Shown here: in pieces, positions 19,744-28,560 of the stretch | How positions within the stretch are numbered: position 1 is the stretch's first letter | Layout: each line of letters opens with the position of its first letter | NCBI GenBank assembly: GCA_012798515.1 | Contig: JAAZNB010000476.1 | Span: 1 to 52,128 of the forward strand | DNA length: 52,128 bases | Direction: 5' to 3' | DNA from: Chloroflexota bacterium | Lineage (GTDB): Bacteria > Chloroflexota > Anaerolineae > Anaerolineales > Anaerolineaceae | Translations under genes and position numbers: made by a program | Notes under the pieces: model-generated | The model's input: the letters and a program-made list of their open reading frames with translations, nothing else | What the model was told of the DNA's origin: nothing | Databases searched by the model: none

Positions 19744-20628
19744 TTAGCCTTCGCTCAACAAGATGTCCATAGGATCGACCAGTTGGAAAATACCGCTGAT
19801 GCGCCAGGTGCAATAGTTGGCCCGTTCTTCCTCCGTCGTCCCGGTTTCGTAATGCCCCATCGAGGGGAATTGCGCCCCTGAAGGGCCCACACGCACCTCG
19901 AAATGTAAATGCACGTTGACCGAATATCCGGTCGTTCCCGCGGCGCCAATTTCCTCCCCACTTTCGACGGTGTCTCCTATAGCTCGCAGCGGAGGAGTGT
20001 CCAGGTGGGCGTAGAGGATGTACAGGGATCGGCTGCCATCTTCCCGGTAGGTGATCCCGCTGGCGTCAGGACAGGTGAGCGATTCACTGGGAATGACCTG
20101 GTCCAGTGGAGCCGGCAGGTTCAATGCAGCCTGCCAGCTGCCGGAAAAACCGGATAAGGGGGTTTCGATGATGATGGTATTGCCATAGGGCGGGCGATCC
20201 AGCAGCACCCCGGCCACCGTGCCGGAGAGAGCCGAAAGCACCGGCCAGCCCTGCATGCCGACCTTGCCGTTGTAGCGATAGAAACCAAAGTCTACTCCAT
20301 GGTGTCCATCGTCCATTCCCGGCCGGGGCGGGTCATAAGGATTGGAGATGATCCCGGATAGTTGGTCGATGGGGACGTCTTTCAAAGGAGAATGGATCAC
20401 CGGCAACGGGTTTGGCGTGGGGCTGGGGATCCGGGTTGGCGTAGGGGTGGCCGAGGGCTGTAGCGTGGGCGCGGCTGCGGTTGGCGCAGCCGTGGCCGGG
20501 ACACTTTCCGTGGGCGTGGTGGCCGCCGGCATCGTAGCCGGCACGGTCGAGCAGCCTGCCAGAAGGCAGAGCAGGCATAAACCGCGAACGGTGTTCATCC
20601 AGGGAAAAGCAAACGTGCGTTTAATCAT
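19744..20628 (-). CDS. M23 (LytM-type) metallopeptidase lipoprotein
   Basis: 294 aa. The alternative start ATG at 20598 gives MNTVRGLCLLCLLAGC (lipobox). It has a Pro/Thr/Ala linker. M23 motifs: HHGVDFGFY and ILYAHLDTPPLRAIGDTVESGEEIGAAGTTGYSVNVHLHFEVR. Confidence 0.9.
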   Translation of the reverse strand: MIKRTFAFPWMNTVRGLCLLCLLAGCSTVPATMPAATTPTESVPATAAPTAAAPTLQPSATPTPTRIPSPTPNPLPVIHSPLKDVPIDQLSGIISNPYDPPRPGMDDGHHGVDFGFYRYNGKVGMQGWPVLSALSGTVAGVLLDRPPYGNTIIIETPLSGFSGSWQAALNLPAPLDQVIPSESLTCPDASGITYREDGSRSLYILYAHLDTPPLRAIGDTVESGEEIGAAGTTGYSVNVHLHFEVRVGPSGAQFPSMGHYETGTTEEERANYCTWRISGIFQLVDPMDILLSEG

Positions 20629-21052
20629 TGCTGGGTTGGCCGGTTCGAAATTCTACCTGGTTTTGATCGACGATGCCGCCCTCAGAATAATACAATTGGG
20701 TGTGGAGGGTATATACCGTCTCGCCAGAAATGTCTGGACCGCGCAGGTGCATGGTGAAGACGAAACGATCCTCGGCGGTCTCGATGACGTGAGCGCTGGC
20801 CAGGCTGTTCCCGGCCGGATCCACAATGCTGGCCTGCAAACTGGGGTTCTCCTGAAAAGGCGTCAGGCTCACGTGGACGCGCACCCGGCGGCCGTCTGGC
20901 CAGGGTTCGACGTGAACGTCAAGAAAGCGCACTTCTTGAGGGGGAAGAGCGCCTTCGGGGGTTTGGAAAGGATTCCTGGGCATATTTTGAGTGTAATCTT
21001 GAAAATACCGCTCGTGGCGCCGCAGCGCCACGAGCGGAGAAAAGGCGATCAT
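20621..21052 (-). CDS. small conserved-looking hypothetical protein (start uncertain)
   Basis: The ORF track gives 20621-21067. The ATG at 21052 forms an ATGA overlap with the DUF1015 stop. Another ATG at 20983 (MPRNPFQTPEG...) lies just downstream of a perfect 13-bp hairpin. The body (VRFLDVHVEPWPDGRRVRVHVSLTPF...RFVFTMHLRGP...YTLHTQLYY) looks like a compact beta-rich domain. The 3' end overlaps the 20628 start of the M23 gene by 8 nt. Confidence 0.5.
   Translation of the reverse strand: MIAFSPLVALRRHERYFQDYTQNMPRNPFQTPEGALPPQEVRFLDVHVEPWPDGRRVRVHVSLTPFQENPSLQASIVDPAGNSLASAHVIETAEDRFVFTMHLRGPDISGETVYTLHTQLYYSEGGIVDQNQVEFRTGQPSND
21008..21037 (-). terminator. perfect 13-bp GC-rich hairpin just downstream of the DUF1015 stop (terminator or attenuator candidate)
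   Basis: CCGCTCGTGGCGC (21008-21020), loop CGCA, GCGCCACGAGCGG (21025-21037). On the minus-strand RNA the hairpin begins 11 nt after the DUF1015 TGA and is followed by UAUUUUCAAG. Confidence 0.4.
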
Positions 21053-22365
21053 TCGATCGTGCGACATTCCATGTAGAACCGTTTTTCTTTGGCTTCTCCC
21101 ATGGAAAAAGTCTTGCGTGGCAGGGCGCCGTCCAGGATGACGGTCTTGAACAGGTCCTCTTTCTGGATGGCGGGCAGATAGACGCCCAGGTTACCGGGCT
21201 CTTTGCCCAGGCGGGTGACGACGTCTAACCCGTGTACGTAATCCACCTTGCCTGCACCCCCTTCTTGAATCCAACCATCCAGGAAGTTCTGCAACGTGCC
21301 TACCGGCAGGTTGGAGGTCGGTTTCCGGATGGTGACGACGTCGAACCCAGCAGGGCTGACCAGGCCAAAACACTGTTCGCCGGAGGATTGGGCGTCGACC
21401 ATGCGCACCATTTCGCGCTCTGTGGAGACGCGTTGGATGGTGCAATCCTGTTGGAAACTACGCAGCAGGGCGACCGCGGGATCTTCTTTGACGTTGAAGA
21501 CCACACGGTGGATGGGCTCGAATTCCAGCCCGGCGTCGTGCAGGTTTTCGATCTCGACCAGGGCAAAGCGGGAGGGGTGTTGCATGCCCACGGTGGGCTT
21601 GTTCTTTTCCCAGATCGCCTTGGCAGTGGCCAAGGAATGGTTGCCGTCGCCCATAGCGAACAGGAGCACGCCTTTGTCATCGCCGACGCCGTAACGGTTT
21701 TGGAAGTACGCCGGGTCAGACAGTGCTTCCAGCCCGGCGACGACCTGTTTTTCCAGGTCAGGGTCGGATACCTGGTAGCCGCACAGGTGACCACTGCCCA
21801 GCATCAGGTCAAAATCGTACAGGCCGGTCAAAGAGGCTTTCTGCTCCACGAGCGGCTCGATAACTGTGCGTTGGGGGTCGTCGATGAGGACCAGGATGTG
21901 GGGCAGCTCGAGCGCAGCGCCCTCACGGATCTTCATACGGGGGGGCAGGCGATCCAGGATGGTGCCTTCGGTGGCGCGGATCAGGCTTTGCGAACCGCGA
22001 TTGTAGTCATACTGTTCCAGGTCGAGCAGCAGCATCAAACCGTGGCGGGTCTTGCCGCCTGCCTGGCGCTCGACGAGGATGAACCCTTCTTTGGGCTCCA
22101 GGATGTCCTGGGCCAGGTACTGCCGCATGGTGGCTCGCGTGGTCGCAATGCGCTGTTCGACGTCCGACTTTTCGAGGTAGACCTCCGGTAAGATCAGGCG
22201 CAGGGTCGAGGGGGCTTCTCCAACGATTTGCTCGACTTCGTTCCAGTATTCTGGTTGGGAAGTAAACTGATCACAGGCGATAACTGCCCATTTGTGCAGG
22301 TCCAGCTCTGGCTTGGGGAGTAAAGTGGTTGGGATTTGTACACCAATGGAACTATAGTATCTCAT
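21049..22365 (-). CDS. DUF1015 family protein
   Basis: The ORF track starts at 22497. I trim to the ATG at 22365 (MRYYSSIGVQIPTTLLPKPELDLHKWAVIACDQFTSQPEYW). Typical DUF1015 features are present: an N-terminal ACDQFTS segment, a central MGDGNHSLATAKA motif and a C-terminal LPRKTFSMGEAKEKRFYME. Confidence 0.8.
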   Translation of the reverse strand: MRYYSSIGVQIPTTLLPKPELDLHKWAVIACDQFTSQPEYWNEVEQIVGEAPSTLRLILPEVYLEKSDVEQRIATTRATMRQYLAQDILEPKEGFILVERQAGGKTRHGLMLLLDLEQYDYNRGSQSLIRATEGTILDRLPPRMKIREGAALELPHILVLIDDPQRTVIEPLVEQKASLTGLYDFDLMLGSGHLCGYQVSDPDLEKQVVAGLEALSDPAYFQNRYGVGDDKGVLLFAMGDGNHSLATAKAIWEKNKPTVGMQHPSRFALVEIENLHDAGLEFEPIHRVVFNVKEDPAVALLRSFQQDCTIQRVSTEREMVRMVDAQSSGEQCFGLVSPAGFDVVTIRKPTSNLPVGTLQNFLDGWIQEGGAGKVDYVHGLDVVTRLGKEPGNLGVYLPAIQKEDLFKTVILDGALPRKTFSMGEAKEKRFYMECRTIE

Positions 22366-22480
22366 CGAAAGCACCTTTTCATTGGCAGCAAAGTGGTATG
22401 GGGTTCGTAAGGTCGTGACGCCGGCCGGATAGGCCGGTTTAAAAACCGCCCACCGGGGTAGCCGGCAGGCTATCAGGCTA

Positions 22481-22489
22481 ATTGTACCA
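22481..22489 (-). promoter_or_regulatory. extended -10 element TGGTACAAT upstream of the DUF1015 gene
   Basis: On the minus strand TGGTACAAT lies at 22489-22481. It predicts a ~110-nt GC-rich leader before the ATG at 22365. Confidence 0.35.
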
Positions 22490-22555
22490 AAAACCACTCC
22501 CCACGCCTGTTTTTCCCCCGGTCGATTTCCGGGTAGGGCCAGGTCTGTAAGCTAA

Positions 22556-22595
22556 TAAAAGCAAAAACCCCGGCCGGGTTAGCCTGGCCGGGGTT
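22556..22595 (-). terminator. intrinsic terminator after degV
   Basis: The minus-strand RNA reads AACCCCGGCCAGG-CUAA-CCCGGCCGGGGUU (13-position stem with one mismatch, plus-strand 22566-22595). It is followed by UUUUUGCUUUUAUU and starts 26 nt after the degV stop. Confidence 0.8.
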
Positions 22596-22620
22596 GGGGA
22601 TGCCCTGTCGATAAATCGCT

Positions 22621-23478
22621 TTAAATACCGGCCACGTAGGCCAGCCCGAGCGCACCCGGTCCCAGGTGGGTGCCAATAACGGGGCTGACCGGGGTGAGGA
22701 CCGCCTCGCTGATGTCGGTGACATTGAAGCGCTGGCGTACTCGTTCCAGCAGCTCGCCGGCCTCGTCGATGTTGTTGGTATACAAGGCCCCGATCCGTAT
22801 GGGGCGCCGGTGATCCATTTTTTGTTCGAACTGGTCGATGAGCCGGTCGACGGCCTTGGTCATAGTGCGTACGCGTTCGACGGCTTCGACGCGCCCGTCA
22901 CACAACTCGAGAACCGGTTTTAAATCCAAGGCCGTGCCTACAAAGGCGGCTGCGCCGCCGATGCGTCCGCCGCGGTGCAGGAATTCCAGGGTACGCACGG
23001 TGAACAGGGCCCCGGAGAAGTCGCGTGCCTGCTCTACCAGGGTCTTGCACTCTTGCAACGTAGCCCCTTCCACAGCGGCGCGGGCAGCCAACAAGGCCTG
23101 GTAACCCATACCCATCGAGGTCGAGATGGAATCGACCAGCTCAATGGGCTGTCCGGGGAACTCGGCGCGGGCCTGGATGGCTGAGTCCAGCGTTCCGGAC
23201 AGCTTGCTGGAGATATGCAGGCTCAAAATCTGCTTGCCTTCTTTTAATAACTGTGAGTAGGTATGGATAAAGTCAGCCGGCGTGGCCTGGGAGGTCGATG
23301 GCATGACTGTGGTGGATTGCAGCCTGCGGTAGAACTCGTCGGGCAGGATATCGATTCCGTCTTTGAGCACTTCACTACCCCAGATTACCCGTAATGGCAC
23401 AATGTGGACGGGGAGGGCGCGCATCAGTTCTTCGGGAATATTGGCGGTGCTGTCGGTGACTATGGCAATATTCGACAT
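22621..23478 (-). CDS. DegV family fatty-acid-binding protein
   Basis: 285 aa. It has IAIVTDSTANIPEEL, SQATPADF, ILSLHISSKLSGT and FTVRTLEFLHRGGRIG, typical of DegV/EDD-fold lipid-binding proteins. Confidence 0.9.
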   Translation of the reverse strand: MSNIAIVTDSTANIPEELMRALPVHIVPLRVIWGSEVLKDGIDILPDEFYRRLQSTTVMPSTSQATPADFIHTYSQLLKEGKQILSLHISSKLSGTLDSAIQARAEFPGQPIELVDSISTSMGMGYQALLAARAAVEGATLQECKTLVEQARDFSGALFTVRTLEFLHRGGRIGGAAAFVGTALDLKPVLELCDGRVEAVERVRTMTKAVDRLIDQFEQKMDHRRPIRIGALYTNNIDEAGELLERVRQRFNVTDISEAVLTPVSPVIGTHLGPGALGLAYVAGI

Positions 23479-23596
23479 AAGGATCCTCTAATCATGGCGG
23501 AAATATCGTTTCAACAATATAACCCGGAAATCCGGCGAAAGTTACCCTTCTCAGGAAGGTTGGTTAAATAAAAAGATGTGGTATGCTAAACAGCCC

Positions 23597-23625
23597 TTGA
23601 CCATTCGTGCTTTCCGGGCTAAAAT
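23597..23625 (+). promoter_or_regulatory. sigma70-type promoter of the ffh-rpsP-KH-rimM operon
   Basis: TTGACC (23597-23602), a 17-nt spacer, then TAAAAT (23620-23625), about 58 nt upstream of the GTG at 23684. A further TGGTATGCT extended -10-like element lies at 23579-23587. Confidence 0.55.
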
Positions 23626-23683
23626 CCTCACACAATGCCCTTCAAGGGGTTTTGTTTGTTATCCCTGTTGAGTGAGAGCCGTA

Positions 23684-25006
<1,323 letters not shown>

Positions 25007-25129
25007 CCCGATGCACGGCGCGCGCAAATCCCGCGCTCTCCTCCAGCGTCCTCTATGCAATCGCCGGAATTTGGGTTTACTATTACCAGATCAACATTTT
25101 GTGTTTTTTTCTTCAGGAGATAAGTTTCA

Positions 25130-25471
25130 ATGGTTCGAATTCGTTTGCGCCGAACTGGTTTGAAAGGTCAACCCACCTATCGCATCATCGCCGCGGATAA
25201 AGAAAGCCCTCGCGATGGCCGTTTTTTGGAGATCCTGGGCTTCTACAACCCCCGGACCGAGCCGTTTACTTTCCAGGTAAACGAAGAACGGATTTTTAAC
25301 TGGCTCAGCAATGGCGCGCAGCCGTCCGAGTCGGTGCAGAAATTGTTCAACAGTGTCGGCCTATCAGATCGCTTCCAGCGTTACAAAAAAGGGGAATCCC
25401 TCGAAACACTCAAAGCAGAAGCCGAAGCTTATTATGCGGGTCGGGTGGTTGACGCAAAGACACGACGATAA
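25130..25471 (+). CDS. rpsP: 30S ribosomal protein S16 (bS16) with C-terminal extension
   Basis: 113 aa. It has MVRIRLRRTGLKGQPTYRIIAADKESPRDGRFLEILGFYNP. AGGAG lies upstream of the ATG. Confidence 0.95.
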   Translation: MVRIRLRRTGLKGQPTYRIIAADKESPRDGRFLEILGFYNPRTEPFTFQVNEERIFNWLSNGAQPSESVQKLFNSVGLSDRFQRYKKGESLETLKAEAEAYYAGRVVDAKTRR

Positions 25472-25540
25472 TCCGCCAGGACATTGCGCCGGGCTGGAAT
25501 TCTCCTGTTTCCAGGTGCGGTGCTCCGGAAAGGAGTTGCT

Positions 25541-25780
25541 GTGAAAGAATTAATTGAGTACATCGCTCTTTCTTTGGTTGATGATCCCACCCAGGTGATC
25601 GTTAAACAAGAGCGGGGCGGCGGTGGAAAAGTCCACCTGGAACTAAGGGTCGCTAAGGAAGATATGGGTCGTGTGATTGGAAAGAGCGGGCGTGTAGCCA
25701 ATGCGATGCGAGTCCTCTTGCGCGTCGCCGCAGCTCGCGAAGGGAAACAGGTTACCCTGGACGTAGCCGAACCGCGATGA
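25541..25780 (+). CDS. KH domain RNA-binding protein (YlqC/UPF0109 family)
   Basis: The ORF track starts at 25484. The GTG at 25541 gives VKELIEYIALSLVDDPTQVIV..., with the KH GxxG motif RVIGKSGRVANAMRVLL. It sits in the conserved position between rpsP and rimM. Its TGA overlaps the rimM ATG (ATGA at 25777-25780). Confidence 0.85.
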   Translation: MKELIEYIALSLVDDPTQVIVKQERGGGGKVHLELRVAKEDMGRVIGKSGRVANAMRVLLRVAAAREGKQVTLDVAEPR

Positions 25781-26340
25781 GCGAACATTCGCCCAAATCT
25801 TCGAACCCAAATCAAGATCCAACAGGCTCGTCCACCCCGGGCGAGCCTGTGTACTTGGTCGTCGGTAAACTACGGCGGCCGCATGGTGTGCAGGGGGAAA
25901 TCATCATGGAAGTCTTTACCGATTTCCCTGAGCGTTTGCGTAAAAGGCAGACCCTTTACGTTGGTGAGGAGCACCGGCCAGTTCAAATCGATACCATACG
26001 CGGGCACCAGCAAGGATTAATTATCTCTCTGGTGGGATACCCGGATCGTGAGGCCGTGGGGACACTGCGCAACCAGATGCTGTACCGCAAAGCAGCCGAG
26101 GCGCCGCAGCTGCCCGAAGGGGAGTATTATTACCACCAACTGATCGGTATGCGTGTAGTTGACGAGCGGGGGAAAGAGGTGGGCGTGCTCTCCGAGATCC
26201 TGGAGACGGGCGCCAATGACGTTTACCTGGTGAAGAATGCAGCCGGCGAAGAAGTACTTCTTCCGGCCATCGAGGACGTGATCCTGGAAGTGGATGTCCC
26301 GGGAAAATCGATCCGCGTCCGGCTGCCTGAATGGGAATAA
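25777..26340 (+). CDS. rimM: 16S rRNA processing protein RimM
   Basis: 187 aa. It has VVGKLRRPHGVQGEIIMEVFTDFPERL, YYHQLIGMRVVDERGKEVGVLSEILETGANDVYLV (PRC barrel) and LLPAIEDVILEVDV. Confidence 0.93.
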   Translation: MSEHSPKSSNPNQDPTGSSTPGEPVYLVVGKLRRPHGVQGEIIMEVFTDFPERLRKRQTLYVGEEHRPVQIDTIRGHQQGLIISLVGYPDREAVGTLRNQMLYRKAAEAPQLPEGEYYYHQLIGMRVVDERGKEVGVLSEILETGANDVYLVKNAAGEEVLLPAIEDVILEVDVPGKSIRVRLPEWE

Positions 26341-26354
26341 GGTAAAGTACTCGA

Positions 26355-27473
26355 ATGGATCCCAAGCCCTATTGGATTGGTTTCAATTTGGTCAAGGGGG
26401 TTGGGGCGGTGCGTCTGAAAGCGCTGCTGGAGTATTTTGGCAGCCTGGAGATCGCCTGGCAGGCGAGCCCCGAGACCCTACGCGCCGCCGGGCTGCCCCA
26501 AAAAGTGGTCCAGAACCTGGTGCGCGTGCGCCAGGACGTCAGGCTCGACCAGCTTTACGCCCGCATTCAAAACCAGGGCATCCAGGTAATGACCTGGGAG
26601 GATGAACTTTATCCCCGGCGCTTGAAAGAAATCGATCAGCCACCGCCGGTGCTCTACTTGAAAGGCGATTTAAAGTTGGAGGACGAGTGGGCCGTGGCCA
26701 TCGTGGGGACGCGACGGGTTACGGTCTATGGACGCCAGATTGCCGATGAAGTGGCCACCTTTCTGGCCCGCAACGGGATCACCGTCGTCAGTGGGCTGGC
26801 GCGGGGTGTGGATACCATCGCCCACCAGGCGGCTCTCCAGGCCGGCGGGAGGACCCTGGCGGTGTTGGGCTGCGGTGTGGACCAGGTCTATCCCCCTGAA
26901 AACCGCCGTCTGGCCGAACAGATGATAAAACAAGGGGCGTTGATCAGCGATTTCGCACCGGGGACGCCCCCGGACAGCGTCAATTTTCCTCCCCGTAACC
27001 GCATTATTTCCGGACTGACCCTGGCCACGGTCGTCATCGAGGCCGGGGAGACCAGCGGGGCGTTGATCACAGCCACGTTCGCCGTCGAACAAGGGCGGGA
27101 CGTGTTTGCAGTGCCGGGAAATATCCACGGCCCGCAAAGCAAGGGGACCAACAAGTTGATCCAACAGGGCGCCCGGCCGTTATTGAAACCGGACGACGTC
27201 CTGGAAGCACTGGAACTCCAGCAGGTGCAGGAACATCGCTACGCCCAGGCCGTGCTGCCGGTTGACGAAGTTGAGGTGTCTATCTTGAAACAACTCGGCT
27301 CCGAGCCGGTACACCTGAATGAGCTGGGCGAAAGAACGGGCTTGCCAATCGAAAAAGTTTCGTCTACACTCACCATGTTAGAATTGAAGGGGTACGTACG
27401 CCAGGTGGGTGGAATGAACTACGTGTCTGTGCGTGAAGCGCCACCAGAGTACAGGACGGGAGACTATGCTTGA
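26355..27473 (+). CDS. dprA: DNA-processing protein DprA (Smf)
   Basis: 372 aa. It has VAIVGTRRVTVYGR, SGLARGVDTIAHQAAL, AVLGCGVDQVYPPEN, the Rossmann-like DprA core, and a C-terminal winged-helix segment (VSSTLTMLELKGYV). Confidence 0.93.
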   Translation: MDPKPYWIGFNLVKGVGAVRLKALLEYFGSLEIAWQASPETLRAAGLPQKVVQNLVRVRQDVRLDQLYARIQNQGIQVMTWEDELYPRRLKEIDQPPPVLYLKGDLKLEDEWAVAIVGTRRVTVYGRQIADEVATFLARNGITVVSGLARGVDTIAHQAALQAGGRTLAVLGCGVDQVYPPENRRLAEQMIKQGALISDFAPGTPPDSVNFPPRNRIISGLTLATVVIEAGETSGALITATFAVEQGRDVFAVPGNIHGPQSKGTNKLIQQGARPLLKPDDVLEALELQQVQEHRYAQAVLPVDEVEVSILKQLGSEPVHLNELGERTGLPIEKVSSTLTMLELKGYVRQVGGMNYVSVREAPPEYRTGDYA

Positions 27474-28557
27474 ACATTACTACGCAGTAATTATGGCTGG
27501 GGGCGGCGGTACCCGCCTTTGGCCGCTCTCACGCCAATCGAATCCCAAGCAAATGCTGCAATTATCCGGAGAGCGAAGCCTGTTCCAGACCGCAGTGGAT
27601 CGTCTGGAGGGCGTCTTCCCGCCGCAGCGCATCTTTATCGTTACCGTGGCGGATCAAGCCGCACGGCTCCAGGAGCAGTGCCCGGAGATCCCCGCCCAGA
27701 ATTACCTGCTGGAGCCCATGCCGCGCGGTACGGCTTCGGTGGTGGGCATGGCAGCCCTGGCGCTGCGGGCGATGGATCCCCAGGCGACCATGGCCGTGTT
27801 GACCGCCGATCATTTCATCGAAAACATCGCTGGTTTCCGCAGTTTGCTGCAAGCCGGTTACGAGCTGGCGCAGGAAGGTTACCTGGTCACGCTCGGCATC
27901 CAACCGACGTATCCGGCAACCGGCTACGGGTACATCCAACGAGGGGAATCGATTGGAGAATACCAGGGCAACGGTGCGTTCCGCGTCTTGCGTTTCAAGG
28001 AGAAACCGGACGAAGCCGTGGCGCAGCAGATGCTGGATCAGGGGGATCACGACTGGAATTCGGGCATGTTCATGTGGACGGTCGAGCGCATCTGGAACGA
28101 GATCCATACCCTGATGCCAGAGCTGGCTGCCAAACTGGACGAGATTGCCGCGGATTGGGGCACCGATTTGCAAGACCAGGTCTTACAATCGGTATGGCCT
28201 ACGATTAAACCGGAAACGGTCGATTATGGAATTATGGAAAAAGCTGACCGGGTAGCCGTATTGTCGGCGTCCGGATTGGGGTGGAATGACGTCGGAAGTT
28301 GGGAATCTTTGTTTGACGTCTTGACACCAGACGAAAATGGCAATATTGTACTGGGAGCGAACCACGTTGGATTGGAGACGACCCATTCTCTGGTATGCGC
28401 GAACCAATCGGATCGTTTGATCGTGACGATTGGGGCCAGGGATTTGATCATCGTGGATACGGGTGATGCCTTGATGGTTTGCCCGCGAGATGATTCACAA
28501 AAAGTGCGACAGATGGTAAATTTGTTGAAGCAAATGGGGCGTCATGAGTATTTATAG
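27466..28557 (+). CDS. mannose-1-phosphate guanylyltransferase-like sugar nucleotidyltransferase
   Basis: The ORF track starts at 27433. The ATG at 27466 gives MLEHYYAVIMAGGGGTRLWPLSRQSNPKQML, the nucleotidyltransferase G-loop of the ManC/CpsB type. Later motifs are GYGYIQ, FKEKPD and WNSGMFMW. There is no C-terminal cupin/PMI domain. It overlaps the dprA stop by 8 nt. Confidence 0.85.
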   Translation: MLEHYYAVIMAGGGGTRLWPLSRQSNPKQMLQLSGERSLFQTAVDRLEGVFPPQRIFIVTVADQAARLQEQCPEIPAQNYLLEPMPRGTASVVGMAALALRAMDPQATMAVLTADHFIENIAGFRSLLQAGYELAQEGYLVTLGIQPTYPATGYGYIQRGESIGEYQGNGAFRVLRFKEKPDEAVAQQMLDQGDHDWNSGMFMWTVERIWNEIHTLMPELAAKLDEIAADWGTDLQDQVLQSVWPTIKPETVDYGIMEKADRVAVLSASGLGWNDVGSWESLFDVLTPDENGNIVLGANHVGLETTHSLVCANQSDRLIVTIGARDLIIVDTGDALMVCPRDDSQKVRQMVNLLKQMGRHEYL

Positions 28558-28560
28558 GAG

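Noticed and set aside
21232-22191. 319-aa ORF on the + strand, antisense to the DUF1015 gene. Similar long antisense ORFs occur at 49646-50860, 41859-42863, 47999-48883, 12761-13480, 16449-17030 and 20342-21076.
   Set aside because: Each lies entirely inside a gene with strong family motifs on the other strand. Their translations are Arg/Gly/Pro/His/Gln-rich low-complexity strings without recognisable motifs. This is the usual shadow-ORF artefact of GC-rich coding DNA.
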